Positions 18,814 through 29,255 of a DNA stretch of 64,000 bases are shown piece by piece. Within the stretch, counting starts at the first letter, position 1; every line of letters starts with the position of its first letter. Made by a program: the position numbers and the translations under genes. The notes below the pieces were generated by a model. It did no database searches. It saw only the letters and a program-made list of their open reading frames with translations, and was not told the origin of the DNA. Source of the DNA: a virus (lineage: Duplodnaviria; Heunggongvirae; Uroviricota; Caudoviricetes); IMG/VR virus record IMGVR_UViG_3300031992_004563, positions 128,001 to 192,000 of that record. The stretch is one strand, 5' to 3'.

Positions 18814-19332
18814 ATGAGTGATAAAAACACAGGTTGGGGTAGTTTTTTAGGAAACTATTTTAAGAATTTTTCACAAAAAGAAAAACAACCAGAAAAGAAA
18901 ATTAGCACAAATTATAATGAGTTTGAAAAAACTTTTTATAAAAAACAAGAGGTTATTGCAGAAGAACCACAAATTCCAGATGCAGAATATGAAAAAGAGG
19001 TTGAATTAGCAAAACAATTCCTTACAGAAAATGAAGAACCAGTAATTGAAACTGTTACTTCTGATAAATCTGATACTTATTCTGAACCATTACCTACTGA
19101 AGAATTTACTCAAGAAGAAATTGAGGAATTCAAAAGATTAAATGGCATTGGTGATGTAAAAGTTAAAACTGAACAAAAAGTTGTTGAGCAACCAACAGAA
19201 ACAAAAGTCAAATCTGTAAAAGTTTCTAAACCAAAAGTTGAAAAAGAACAAAAAGTTGAAGTTAAAAAAGAAGCTAAAAAAGAAACTAAAAAGGATACTA
19301 AACCTCGTACACCAAGAAAACCTAAAAAATAA
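18814..19332 (+). CDS. Low-complexity protein, acidic centre and K-rich tail
   Basis: 172-aa ORF followed by a terminator. Confidence 0.7.
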   Translation: MSDKNTGWGSFLGNYFKNFSQKEKQPEKKISTNYNEFEKTFYKKQEVIAEEPQIPDAEYEKEVELAKQFLTENEEPVIETVTSDKSDTYSEPLPTEEFTQEEIEEFKRLNGIGDVKVKTEQKVVEQPTETKVKSVKVSKPKVEKEQKVEVKKEAKKETKKDTKPRTPRKPKK

Positions 19333-19337
19333 AAGTG

Positions 19338-19367
19338 AAGGAGAATTTAATTTCTCCTTTATTTTTT
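19338..19367 (+). terminator. Intrinsic terminator
   Basis: AAGGAGAA...TTCTCCTT plus T run. Confidence 0.65.
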
Positions 19368-19421
19368 GAAACTTTGTATATTTTTGGATTATAATTATAA
19401 AGTTAAAATATCTTTAAAGTC

Positions 19422-19787
19422 ATGGTTAAGTATAATTTATCATTGTATGTAAATAAATTTGTAAAAATTGTATTAGAGAAAAATAAGGAAGTGCCTTATG
19501 TATATGGAAATTTAGTTGGGTATCTTAGATATGATGAAAAATTTAAAATGTATTTAATTAATCATCCATACAATCTTAGTTCTGGAAAGTGTGATTGTGG
19601 TGAAGCAGCATTTGACCCAAATGATATTAAAGATATTAAGCCTGCAACAGATAATGAAAGAAAATTATGGGCATGTGAATATATTAAATTTCATAGTGCA
19701 TGTGTAAAAGCAAAAGGACGGGATGAATGTAAATTAGATTTGCCTTTAGATGAAATTTTACCAAGTTTAAAATTAACAATGAAATAA
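19422..19787 (+). CDS. Hypothetical protein
   Basis: 121 aa after the class II promoter at 19369. Confidence 0.7.
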   Translation: MVKYNLSLYVNKFVKIVLEKNKEVPYVYGNLVGYLRYDEKFKMYLINHPYNLSSGKCDCGEAAFDPNDIKDIKPATDNERKLWACEYIKFHSACVKAKGRDECKLDLPLDEILPSLKLTMK

Positions 19788-19789
19788 TT

Positions 19790-20260
19790 ATGAAAGCAGA
19801 AGATTTAATGGTAGGAGACTGGGTATGCGTTAGGTCTAACGACAAAGAAGATACTCATAACTTCAAGATAAAATCAATAATTAGCGAAGGTGTTTATGGG
19901 CCTGGCTTCGTTGGTTTTGATGAAGATTTAGAGTTTATTCCACTTACTTCAGAGATATTAGAGAAAAATGGTTTTATTGAAATTGAGAAAGAACATTTTA
20001 AAGAAACCAGTACACATATATATGCATATTTAGGAGATAATGATGAATTTGAAGATGGATTTGCTATATGTGGTAGTGATGAAGTTGGTTATTATTTAGG
20101 CTATAATCTTAATGGGTACCCAGTATTTATTGGCAAAAATGTTCCAAGCACTGATCCAAACTGCATGGGATATGTATATCAAAAACATAATGTAAATTAT
20201 GTTCACCAACTTCAACATATTTTAAACTTATTTGAGATTGAAACTAATATTATAATTTAA
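19790..20260 (+). CDS. Phage hypothetical protein (paralog of 34995..35393)
   Basis: DLMVGDWV..IPLTSEILEKNGF..YVHQLQH. Confidence 0.75.
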   Translation: MKAEDLMVGDWVCVRSNDKEDTHNFKIKSIISEGVYGPGFVGFDEDLEFIPLTSEILEKNGFIEIEKEHFKETSTHIYAYLGDNDEFEDGFAICGSDEVGYYLGYNLNGYPVFIGKNVPSTDPNCMGYVYQKHNVNYVHQLQHILNLFEIETNIII

Positions 20261-20300
20261 CTTCTATTTTTTAGATTGCATAAAAAGTATTAATTTTGCA
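20259..20300 (+). promoter_or_regulatory. Class I (early) promoter
   Basis: AACTTCTATTTTTTAG...TATTAATTTTGCA. Confidence 0.75.
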
Positions 20301-20326
20301 TCATCAAATTAAAAACTGTTAAGAAT

Positions 20327-20782
20327 ATGAGCAAAATTTATATTGCAGGACCATTTTCAAAACCAGAGGAACGAGAGTCTCTTAAAAAAATGATTGATAT
20401 TGTATCAACTCGTTATTATCGTTTGGATTTATATATTCCTATGGAGTATAAAGTTCCTGGTGATTTTCAAAAACTTGATGGAACATGGAATCTTTCTAAC
20501 CAAGAATGGGCTAGAAAAGTTTATGAAAATGATGTTAAACACCTTGACGAAGCCGAGGCTGTTTTTGCAATGTATGTTGGTCATTATTGTTCATCAGGAA
20601 CTATTTGGGAAGTTGGATATGCAAATGGAAAAGGAATTCCTGTATATGCATATATTCCTGAGTGGGCAAAAGGTGAAAATGTATCATTAATGGTAATGAA
20701 TAGTTTTAAAGGATATATTGATGATAATGGATATATCCATAGATTTACCGATGAAGATTTAGCACAGTTTAACCAAAAATAA
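20327..20782 (+). CDS. Nucleoside 2-deoxyribosyltransferase family
   Basis: KIYIAGPFS, VYENDVKHL, SSGTIWEVGYA, SLMV. Confidence 0.85.
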   Translation: MSKIYIAGPFSKPEERESLKKMIDIVSTRYYRLDLYIPMEYKVPGDFQKLDGTWNLSNQEWARKVYENDVKHLDEAEAVFAMYVGHYCSSGTIWEVGYANGKGIPVYAYIPEWAKGENVSLMVMNSFKGYIDDNGYIHRFTDEDLAQFNQK

Positions 20783-20788
20783 AATAAT

Positions 20789-21166
20789 ATGGATAAAACA
20801 AATAGAATTGGAAATATTGAGTATCGTCTTGCAACATCTAATGTTGAGAAAAATCAGCATTATATAGAAATTGTATGTTGGTGTCCAAACAGTTTGTATG
20901 GTAAAGAAAATGAATTTGAAAAAAGCAATATTTCTGATAGTTGTAAAGCAAATGGTGTATTATATGATGATGAATGCTTTAAGCAACCAGAAATATGTTA
21001 TACAGTTGCTACAATTAAAATTAAGGATAATCCAAATATTATAAGTTGTGGTTTACGTGCATTTCAGCTTAATGAACAAGATGAAAAAGATTTCAAATTG
21101 GTTGTAAGATATGCATATCAATATGCAAACAAACTTTGGAAAGGATATACAGTAAAATTAGTATGA
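20789..21166 (+). CDS. Hypothetical protein
   Basis: 125-aa ORF. Confidence 0.7.
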   Translation: MDKTNRIGNIEYRLATSNVEKNQHYIEIVCWCPNSLYGKENEFEKSNISDSCKANGVLYDDECFKQPEICYTVATIKIKDNPNIISCGLRAFQLNEQDEKDFKLVVRYAYQYANKLWKGYTVKLV

Positions 21167-21621
21167 AAAAAAGTTGGTTATATTATGGAGTATTTTTCTC
21201 CGACAAAACTAAAAGAGCACTTTTAGATTATGCCAAAAAATGGATGGATAGATATACATGTTCATCTGATCATACATTTGAATTTAGAGATGATTGGAAA
21301 ATCTATTGTGACCATATGACATTAGTTTTTAATGATGGTTCAGAAAAAGCACAAGAAGATGCCAATTTCTATGAAAATATATTTTCAATGTTATGTGAAG
21401 TAGTTAGTTTGAGAATTACTCATATTGGTATATCTGATAAAGCTATTGCACTTAAAGTAGATTATCAAACATCCAATGAGATTTCTCATATTACTGTTGC
21501 AGTTGCTCCTGGTGTTAAACCAGTTGAAAGTAATAATATTAAAAATTGGTATGAAACTGATGGTGCATTTTATGTAAGTGGCCAAGTTCATAAAGTAGAA
21601 ACAAGTGTTAAAATAAAATAA
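21163..21621 (+). CDS. 2H phosphoesterase (cyclic phosphodiesterase-like)
   Basis: Two HxT motifs, DHMTLVF and SHITVAV, followed by KPVESN. Confidence 0.75.
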   Translation: MKKSWLYYGVFFSDKTKRALLDYAKKWMDRYTCSSDHTFEFRDDWKIYCDHMTLVFNDGSEKAQEDANFYENIFSMLCEVVSLRITHIGISDKAIALKVDYQTSNEISHITVAVAPGVKPVESNNIKNWYETDGAFYVSGQVHKVETSVKIK

Positions 21622-21623
21622 TC

Positions 21624-22040
21624 ATGAAAAAGAATCAAACAAAACTAACGTGGCAAGATGTTTATAAGCTTCCACTGAGACAAGAAGAAGCTGCGCCTTT
21701 TATGGTTATGACAGCTGATAATCAACGTGCATTTGATTTTGAATGGCCGGCATTGGATACATATGAAAAAGATTCGCATATTGATGGTAAATCTATTTTA
21801 GTTATTATTGAAAAGCTAAATGGTAATAATAGCATTATCTTAGAGAATTATTATAATTTTAGTTATCATGATGGTGAGATTTGGGCATTTAGCACTAAAG
21901 CTAAAAAGAAAAAACATATTATGCTAATTCGTGGATGGGGACATCTTACTGGAACTGGTGGTTTGCATCTTTCTGAAAGCGCTGCTGCAAAAATTCAAGA
22001 TGATTTTGGTAACTTTATTGTTGAAACTTTAAATCATTAA
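21624..22040 (+). CDS. Phage hypothetical protein
   Basis: IRGWGHLTGTGGLHL..AAKIQD. Confidence 0.75.
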   Translation: MKKNQTKLTWQDVYKLPLRQEEAAPFMVMTADNQRAFDFEWPALDTYEKDSHIDGKSILVIIEKLNGNNSIILENYYNFSYHDGEIWAFSTKAKKKKHIMLIRGWGHLTGTGGLHLSESAAAKIQDDFGNFIVETLNH

Positions 22041-22376
22041 TTGCCATGGAAGAAAAATTAGAAAAAGTGAATACTCTAATTTCTTTGGGATTTAAAAAGA
22101 CATCAGATTGTAAATTAAACAATATTAAATTATCATTTGGCGGTGTTAATTCATCTCAAATAGAAGTTGTAGTACGTTAATATTGATAAATTAGTAATTT
22201 AATTCGTAACAATATGGCAAATATAGATTTAACAAAAATCCCCACGTGGGTACTCAGAACACAATTAATGTCTATATATGGTGATGGTAAATACACAGAA
22301 ACACCAGAATATAGAAAAGCATATAAAGAGATACAATCAGAATTAAAAAGACGTTCAACTATTAATCAATAATATT

Positions 22377-22604
22377 ATGCAAGAAGAAACTTGGATGAGG
22401 CAAAAGCTTATGGATGAAGAAGGTTATAAGCCTTATTGTGGAAATCCCAATTGTCCTGAAATGCCTAGAACATATTTTAGTTTAAGGAGAAAACAATTTA
22501 TTTGTCCGTGTTGTGGGTGGGAAAGCAAATATCCAAAAGATTTTGTTAAAAGATATATTAAAAAATGGAATATTTATATACCTAAAGAATATTTAAATAA
22601 TTAA
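22377..22604 (+). CDS. Small zinc-ribbon protein
   Basis: YCGNPNC...CPCCGW. Confidence 0.7.
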   Translation: MQEETWMRQKLMDEEGYKPYCGNPNCPEMPRTYFSLRRKQFICPCCGWESKYPKDFVKRYIKKWNIYIPKEYLNN

Positions 22605-22608
22605 AATT

Positions 22609-22875
22609 ATGAAAGTAAAATTTATAAATGAAGTATTCAATACTTCAAAAGAGGTAGAATTTAATCCTAAAGAGATTGCCAAGAAATATCTTGAGGAAAA
22701 TAAAAATGATCATACATCAGTTATTAATGATCTTAGTTTTGGTGGATATTATGAAGAGGATTTAACTTCTTATATTGAAGAACTTTTAAATGAAACTGCA
22801 GAAAATGATTATACATATGATTTTGAAGATTATATGAATCTTATGGAAGCAGTAAAAGATTGTATTATACATTAA
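22609..22875 (+). CDS. Hypothetical protein
   Basis: Packed ORF with AATTATG start. Confidence 0.7.
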   Translation: MKVKFINEVFNTSKEVEFNPKEIAKKYLEENKNDHTSVINDLSFGGYYEEDLTSYIEELLNETAENDYTYDFEDYMNLMEAVKDCIIH

Positions 22876-22887
22876 AAATTAAAAATT

Positions 22888-23502
22888 ATGGAAGAAAATA
22901 AAAAATTAGTAATGGGTCATGTAATCCTTTACGCAAAGGGCTGGTATAAACGTAGTAATGAAGTATGGAAAGATTATCGCCGTGCTATTATTTGTGATGG
23001 GCGATATACCGCATATACCCGTCATGATGTTGCTCAATTGCTTTTAGCTTATATTCTTGAAAATGCTACAAAGCTAAATAAAGGACATCTTTCTGATCCT
23101 CTTTACATTTCCGAAGAAATTCGTAAAAATCTTGGTTATCTTTATTATTGGAAAGAGAATGATACATCAAAACTAAAGAAACGCCGTGGTATGGATCTTG
23201 AAAATATTGATGCAGAAGGCATGTATGATAATGCGGTTATTATGACATGTCATTATATTATGGAGTTTTCTGATGTAAGCGTATTTGATAAGATTTTAGC
23301 ACCATCTGAAAAAGTAATGCCATTGAAACATCCTGAGCCAGATTATAAAAATGAATTATTTGATGGTAAAAACTGGTTTGATGATGAAAATAATGATACT
23401 AAATGGTTTTATGAGCATTTTGATAGAAATCATAATTTAAAAGATGCCATTAAAGATAAGGAATTGGTGTATTTAGATGAAGATGAAACAATAGCAGCAT
23501 AA
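22888..23502 (+). CDS. Hypothetical protein
   Basis: 204-aa ORF. Confidence 0.75.
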   Translation: MEENKKLVMGHVILYAKGWYKRSNEVWKDYRRAIICDGRYTAYTRHDVAQLLLAYILENATKLNKGHLSDPLYISEEIRKNLGYLYYWKENDTSKLKKRRGMDLENIDAEGMYDNAVIMTCHYIMEFSDVSVFDKILAPSEKVMPLKHPEPDYKNELFDGKNWFDDENNDTKWFYEHFDRNHNLKDAIKDKELVYLDEDETIAA

Positions 23503-23531
23503 TTTTATATAATTATAAATTTTGATAATAT

Positions 23532-23744
23532 ATGGTACGCGAACTTAGAACATTAGTCGTTACAGAAGAACGACACCCAAATGAAACAGATGTTTGGGAT
23601 GCATGGAACTTTGCAAATGAGAAACACTGTTATGTTGAACTTAAATGGTTTGTTCCTCATTATGGTTGGAAAGTTTGGTTTATTGATCCAGATAAAAACA
23701 CTATTGAGGAAATGCTACAAAACCTGCATATAATGGGAGATTGA
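23532..23744 (+). CDS. Hypothetical protein
   Basis: 70-aa Trp-rich ORF. Confidence 0.65.
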   Translation: MVRELRTLVVTEERHPNETDVWDAWNFANEKHCYVELKWFVPHYGWKVWFIDPDKNTIEEMLQNLHIMGD

Positions 23745-23748
23745 TATT

Positions 23749-24126
23749 ATGGAAGTAACATTTATTGAAAAACATAACTATAAAGCAGATATTGATTTTA
23801 ATGCAATTAAACGTTGCATTAAAATTGATTTAGAAAAGAAATATCAAGAAACCGAGATTTCAGGTGAAATGATATATTCTGCATTTATAAAAAATCCAGA
23901 ATATTATCTTACTCATCTTGGTTATTTGTCTAAATTATCAGATGTAAATGATAATTATACAGTTATAAAAACTATCATGGATAAGTTTTTTATATTCTGT
24001 ATGCAAAATACACAACCATGTTTTTATGTTCTTAAAGGCGGTGAAGTATTAGCAAGTTATGAGGATAAAGATATGGCAAAACTTTATGCTCACCGAATGG
24101 ATGGATACATAATTGAAGTAAAATAA
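23749..24126 (+). CDS. Hypothetical protein
   Basis: 125-aa ORF. Confidence 0.7.
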   Translation: MEVTFIEKHNYKADIDFNAIKRCIKIDLEKKYQETEISGEMIYSAFIKNPEYYLTHLGYLSKLSDVNDNYTVIKTIMDKFFIFCMQNTQPCFYVLKGGEVLASYEDKDMAKLYAHRMDGYIIEVK

Positions 24127-24129
24127 GTT

Positions 24130-24555
24130 ATGGGAATAATTCATAATATAGCATTATTTTTTGGTTATGCATTTTTAATTTTAATATGCATAGGAGTTTT
24201 ATGGTCAATATTTTATTGGATTCGTCATTTTTGTAAAATAATTGGAATTTATATTACCACAAACTTTTCAAAAATCAAAGATAATGGATACACATATAGA
24301 ATTGAGTATAAGTATCTAAACTATAATTGCTTTATGTTTGATGCATTTAAAGATTGGTTTTATGTAATAAGACGAAAATCATCTTGTGAAAGACAAATTG
24401 AATATCTTAAATCATCAAATTTAAAATCAAATTGTCCTGATAAATTTGGAATTGATAAAGACAATTATGGATATGATATTTGTAAGTATAAAACATTTAA
24501 TGAAGCTAAAAATGTTTTAGATAATTGGCTAGCAACTAACAAGGAAACATTATAA
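24130..24555 (+). CDS. Membrane-anchored hypothetical protein
   Basis: N-terminal hydrophobic helix. Confidence 0.7.
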   Translation: MGIIHNIALFFGYAFLILICIGVLWSIFYWIRHFCKIIGIYITTNFSKIKDNGYTYRIEYKYLNYNCFMFDAFKDWFYVIRRKSSCERQIEYLKSSNLKSNCPDKFGIDKDNYGYDICKYKTFNEAKNVLDNWLATNKETL

Positions 24556-25130
24556 TGAATTTAAAATCAAAAATAGATGAACCATTTTCCGTAGCAGGAA
24601 CGGTATCAAATAAGATTTTAATATTTGATATTGATGATACGCTTATATATAGTAATGCAACTATATATGTAGTGAAAGATGGTAAACGAATTAAAGAACT
24701 TACTCCGGCTGAATATAATGAATATGTTTGGCAGGAAGGTGAGTCCTTTGATTATTCTAATTTTGATTCTTCTAAATTATTAAATAGTGCCAATTTTACA
24801 AAATATTGGGATACATTAAAACGAGAATATGCAAAAGGAACACATATTGCAATATTAACTGCAAGAGGCAAACCAGTAATGATTAGAAAATTCTTTTTGA
24901 ATAATGGGATTGATATTAAAGATGATTTGATATTTTGTTGTGCATATTCAAAATTTCCTTGGAAAGGCCCAATTCAATATAAAAAAGCAAAAGTTATTGA
25001 ATACTTAATGCTACTTGGATATAATACATTCGTATTTTTTGATGATAATTTAAATAATCTTAAAAGCGCAAAACAACTTGAAGAATTATACCCAGCAATA
25101 AAAATAATAACAGTTCATGCAAAAATTTAA
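24555..25130 (+). CDS. HAD-superfamily phosphatase
   Basis: FDIDDTL, ILTARG, conserved K, FFDDNLNNL. Confidence 0.85.
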   Translation: MNLKSKIDEPFSVAGTVSNKILIFDIDDTLIYSNATIYVVKDGKRIKELTPAEYNEYVWQEGESFDYSNFDSSKLLNSANFTKYWDTLKREYAKGTHIAILTARGKPVMIRKFFLNNGIDIKDDLIFCCAYSKFPWKGPIQYKKAKVIEYLMLLGYNTFVFFDDNLNNLKSAKQLEELYPAIKIITVHAKI

Positions 25131-25137
25131 TAAGATT

Positions 25138-25698
25138 ATGGAAAAAACTAATGAAAAAGACGCCAATATTTCTATTGGTAAATATGGTGTAGAATATATT
25201 GATTTAAGTACACCGGAGGTTCAAGGCAAATTTGGACATGATAGAATTGACGCATTAACTAAACCTGGATATTATAAACTTCCATTTAGAACATATATGC
25301 CAGATGGAATAAGAAATATTGTTGTAAATGTTGTAAGCGTTTTTTCTTGTGAGCATTTGGATCAAAATATTGTATGTTATGATGGTGATTTTACGTGGGT
25401 ATTTTATTACAATGGAAGTGAACGTTGTTTTAAACCTAATTGGGAGGATGATCCATTAGAGGATGTATATAATTGGATGGATTTGGAACGTGCTGAAGAA
25501 GATTATGAGGATGACATTGAAATTAATGCAATTAATCCAGATTATGAAAAATGGTGGAAATGTATGACTATGCCATTGCAGGATGTTCCACAAGAAGATT
25601 TGGAATGGGCTGCAAGTCAAGACCAATTTAATTCTTATACTTCTAAGAATGGATTTTTAGCTGAAATTGAAAGGAGAAAAAATAATGGCAACATTTAA
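25138..25698 (+). CDS. Hypothetical protein
   Basis: Packed ORF; alternative start at 25117. Confidence 0.7.
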   Translation: MEKTNEKDANISIGKYGVEYIDLSTPEVQGKFGHDRIDALTKPGYYKLPFRTYMPDGIRNIVVNVVSVFSCEHLDQNIVCYDGDFTWVFYYNGSERCFKPNWEDDPLEDVYNWMDLERAEEDYEDDIEINAINPDYEKWWKCMTMPLQDVPQEDLEWAASQDQFNSYTSKNGFLAEIERRKNNGNI

Positions 25699-26407
25699 AT
25701 TTAAAATAACACTAGATTGTGGGTATTCATATATTCATAAAATTTCTGCAAGTAATAAATTAGATGCATTTGCAAAAATTAAAGCATTTATTAAATCAAG
25801 ATATGCAAGTCCTGATTTTATTAAATATGAACTTACAAACATTTATAAAACGAGCAATATTATGAATAATGACAAAACTGAAAATATAATCAATTATGAT
25901 TATGAAGGATGGCCAGAGTATAAAAAATCTATTAAGGATTTAATTATTGCTTTTGGTGGAGTTTATAATAAAGAGACTAAAAAATGGGAAATTCCTGATA
26001 GTGGAGATCTTAATACATGCCCAATACTTATAGAAGATGATGGTATGGGGTATGGTGTTAATGAACGCTATATTATACATGTTGATTTTGATAGAGTGTC
26101 TCAGATTTGTCATGTTTGGCATGATGCTGAACTTAAGTATGCACCAATTTATGCAGAACTTGGTGTTCATCCAGGTGCAATAGTTAAAATAAATGGTGAA
26201 GAATATACAATTGAAGATATAATTGTAGAAGATCAAGAACAAGGCAAAATAAAGATTCAAGCAGCCGTATGGGACTTTAAAGCACTTGAGAAAGCACATA
26301 AAAATAAAGAGAAATATACTCCAAAACGAGAGTTATTTGATCCTGAAATTATTGAAAAAAGTGTTAAAGGTGATATAGTAAATATCGATTCTCATGAAAT
26401 TGAATAA
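25685..26407 (+). CDS. Hypothetical protein
   Basis: 240-aa ORF. Confidence 0.7.
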   Translation: MATFKFKITLDCGYSYIHKISASNKLDAFAKIKAFIKSRYASPDFIKYELTNIYKTSNIMNNDKTENIINYDYEGWPEYKKSIKDLIIAFGGVYNKETKKWEIPDSGDLNTCPILIEDDGMGYGVNERYIIHVDFDRVSQICHVWHDAELKYAPIYAELGVHPGAIVKINGEEYTIEDIIVEDQEQGKIKIQAAVWDFKALEKAHKNKEKYTPKRELFDPEIIEKSVKGDIVNIDSHEIE

Positions 26408-26418
26408 TAAATATTCAA

Positions 26419-26835
26419 ATGGATTAGAAACTTTATCGAAATATTATATGTGCAGTTTCCCAGAGCGTCAAAAAGATGCTTTAGGAATCTGACGTTTTTA
26501 CAAATGATAATGAACTAAATGAAGATTTAGTTATTAGTCAAACAATGAGAGAAAAATATCCTGGTTTAAATGATGAATTAGTTATTGAATTAAAAAATCG
26601 TTTGAAAAAGGGAGAAGTTAAATTCTCATTTAGAAAATTAAATGATAAATTAAGACGAGCCAGAGGAACAGTTGATTTAAATACTATTCTTAAAGAAAAT
26701 CCAGATTTTGGAGAATGGGATAAAGAATATCAACCACTTAAATTAAAAAATCCATATGTAATTAGGTATTATGATCTGGATAAGAAAAATTGGCGAAGTT
26801 GTGATGTTAGTAGATTATTAATTATTATAGAATGA
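26419..26835 (+). CDS. Leader + WYL_2/SH3-like beta-barrel protein (TAG=Q extends N-terminus)
   Basis: MDQKLYRNIICAVSQSVKKMLQE leader; VKFSFRKLNDKLRRARGT..YYDLDKKNWRS. Confidence 0.75.
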
Positions 26836-26836
26836 A

Positions 26837-26871
26837 AAAGAGGAGAAAATTAAATTTTCCTCTTTTTATTT
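26837..26871 (+). terminator. Intrinsic terminator
   Basis: AAAGAGGAGAA...TTTTCCTCTTT. Confidence 0.65.
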
Positions 26872-26927
26872 TCTATTAAACTTTTCAAAAATTTTATTTA
26901 CAATAATTAAAAAATTTTATATTTTTT

Positions 26928-27644
26928 ATGGAACCAAAAGATTTAGTTGGAAAATATGTCCATTTTAAAGATAATCCACATCTTAGTATATCTACACTAA
27001 ATGGCGGACTTACATTATTATCACCAACATCATTATTTTATTTAAAAATAGAAACTGCTGAAAAATATAAAGATACTCAATTTATTTTATTAACTGGAAC
27101 ACTTGTTAATAGTTTTGGAGAGCCTCAGTTATTTTCTAATGAATTTATAAATCCGTCAGATTTTGATATGAATGGTGGCAAAGCGGATGATGAAATACAA
27201 CCAATAATTGCACATATTGCAAATCCAGATTTTCTTGAAGTTGACGAAATTGATGATGGAATTATTATATATGAATTTGATTCGAAAAATAATGTTTTTA
27301 AACAATATAAAGAAAAAATATATGTTCCATGTATAGTAAGTCGTGATGAATTGTCTAAACTATTTACTGAAGAAAATGGTTTGTCTTTTAGATATTTTTT
27401 TGGTTTGCCTTTTGTCTGTTTACCTGTTATATATGATAATAATGATGAAGGAAAAGTTATTTGTTATGGAACAACTATTTTTCAAAATGGCGATAAAACA
27501 TATAAACATAATTTAGTACAATTATATTATTCAAAAACCCAAAATCTAGTTGAATATGGATTAATTATTTCTAAATATTTAGATATTCCTTTTTATTATG
27601 GACAATTAGATTTTGACAAAAGTCTATTAGGACTAAAAATTTAA
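26928..27644 (+). CDS. Hypothetical protein
   Basis: 238 aa after the class II promoter at 26878. Confidence 0.7.
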   Translation: MEPKDLVGKYVHFKDNPHLSISTLNGGLTLLSPTSLFYLKIETAEKYKDTQFILLTGTLVNSFGEPQLFSNEFINPSDFDMNGGKADDEIQPIIAHIANPDFLEVDEIDDGIIIYEFDSKNNVFKQYKEKIYVPCIVSRDELSKLFTEENGLSFRYFFGLPFVCLPVIYDNNDEGKVICYGTTIFQNGDKTYKHNLVQLYYSKTQNLVEYGLIISKYLDIPFYYGQLDFDKSLLGLKI

Positions 27645-27656
27645 AATAATTATAAA

Positions 27657-28637
27657 ATGAAATACGAGATAGAAATTAATAATGAAGTAAAAACAGTTGA
27701 AGTAAAGGATAAACAAGTTATTCTCCTTCTTCAAGGCTGTCCTGCATCTGGAAAATCTACATTTGCAGAAAAATTATTCCAAGCATCTAAAGAACATGAA
27801 AATACTTTAGAAGATCACAAAAACAAATTTGTGATTGTTTGTCGTGATGATATTCGGACAGCTAAAGGAATTGACCAACGAGATTTTTCAAGAGAAAATG
27901 AAGTAACTAAAGAACAAATGAGACAGATTCATGAAATTATGGATCTTGGATATTCTGTTATTGTTGCTGATACTAACCTTAATCCAAAATACTTCCATAT
28001 TTGGGATGAACTTGCTAAAGAATATAATGCAGAAGTTCAAAAGCTTTTAATTTATATTCCATATTGGGAAGCAGTTAAGCGTGATAAAGCTAGAGATCGC
28101 CATGTTGGACATAGAGCAATTGAAAAATTTTATAGATTATATTTTCCAGATAGATTAAAAGAAGAATTAACAGATAAACGCCCAATTAATGAATCATATA
28201 GCATGATGGCAGAAGATTGTGTTATTTGTGATCTTGATGGAACTATTGCATTGCATCAAGGAAGATCTCCATATGAATGGGATAAAATTCCTTCAGATAA
28301 AATGGATGTTAGAATGGCACGTATACTTCAAAATTATTATGAACAAGGTGTTAATATTATCTTTTTATCAGGTCGTCCAGAACATGTGTATGCAACAACA
28401 ATGCAATGGCTTAATGATTCATTAGATAAATTAGGATTTGATTTAAATTATCAATTAATTTTAAGATCGGAAACTGATAATAGAAAAGGCGCAATAACCA
28501 AAAAAGATTTATATGAAAAATTAATTGCTGAACATGGTTATAATGTCCTTTGTGTATTTGAAGATTCTAATTCTTGTGTTGAAATGTGGAGAAGTCTTGG
28601 TCTATTAACTTGCCAAGTAGCAAATGGAGATTATTAA
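27657..28637 (+). CDS. pseT: Polynucleotide 5'-kinase/3'-phosphatase (T4 PseT-like)
   Basis: GCPASGKST, RDDIR, DTNLN; HAD CDLDGT, SGR, FED, MWR..CQVANGDY. Confidence 0.92.
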   Translation: MKYEIEINNEVKTVEVKDKQVILLLQGCPASGKSTFAEKLFQASKEHENTLEDHKNKFVIVCRDDIRTAKGIDQRDFSRENEVTKEQMRQIHEIMDLGYSVIVADTNLNPKYFHIWDELAKEYNAEVQKLLIYIPYWEAVKRDKARDRHVGHRAIEKFYRLYFPDRLKEELTDKRPINESYSMMAEDCVICDLDGTIALHQGRSPYEWDKIPSDKMDVRMARILQNYYEQGVNIIFLSGRPEHVYATTMQWLNDSLDKLGFDLNYQLILRSETDNRKGAITKKDLYEKLIAEHGYNVLCVFEDSNSCVEMWRSLGLLTCQVANGDY

Positions 28638-28639
28638 TT

Positions 28640-28837
28640 ATGAGTAATAAAGAATTAAAAAGATGTCATTACATTTATAAAAAGAAAAATGAATGGGATG
28701 AGTCACTAAGTGAATCTGAACAAAAGTTTTTAGATGAACATTTTGATGAATATTGGAATTCAGATTGGAGAATATCTGAAATTAGTTCAGAAGTTATGAA
28801 TAGAAATATTTTAAAAGAAATGGGTTATTGCTTATGA
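28640..28837 (+). CDS. Hypothetical protein
   Basis: Packed small ORF. Confidence 0.6.
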   Translation: MSNKELKRCHYIYKKKNEWDESLSESEQKFLDEHFDEYWNSDWRISEISSEVMNRNILKEMGYCL

Positions 28838-29058
28838 TTTGTTGGCTAGCTAGAGAAAAGGATGGAAGATTATATATGTTTAGAGATGAACCAAAACTTA
28901 CATTTATTGATTTAGATACAAGTGAACATTATGATACTGGAAATTGTGATTATGAATGGGATTTATCTCAGGAACATATAGAATTGCATCCAAATACATA
29001 TTTAAAAGTTCTTAAAGGAACAAAAAGAAAAATAGATTGTAAAATTAAATTATTATAA
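28834..29058 (+). CDS. Hypothetical protein
   Basis: WLAREKDGRLYMF..P. Confidence 0.65.
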   Translation: MICWLAREKDGRLYMFRDEPKLTFIDLDTSEHYDTGNCDYEWDLSQEHIELHPNTYLKVLKGTKRKIDCKIKLL

Positions 29059-29059
29059 T

Positions 29060-29254
29060 ATGAGTAAAGGCAAACCAAGACATAATCCTTATAAGTCAGC
29101 AAATATGACAAATCCGCATTGTCCTTGTTATGAGGTAATCAATGGCAAAGGCTATTGTTCAAGTAATGGCCCAGCTAATCCTAAATGTGGCGGTAATGTT
29201 CATAATTGTGTAAAAGTTCAATATCAACAACTAGCAATAAAAAATAATAAGTAA
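29060..29254 (+). CDS. Small Cys-rich protein
   Basis: 64 aa with 5 Cys. Confidence 0.6.
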   Translation: MSKGKPRHNPYKSANMTNPHCPCYEVINGKGYCSSNGPANPKCGGNVHNCVKVQYQQLAIKNNK

Positions 29255-29255
29255 T

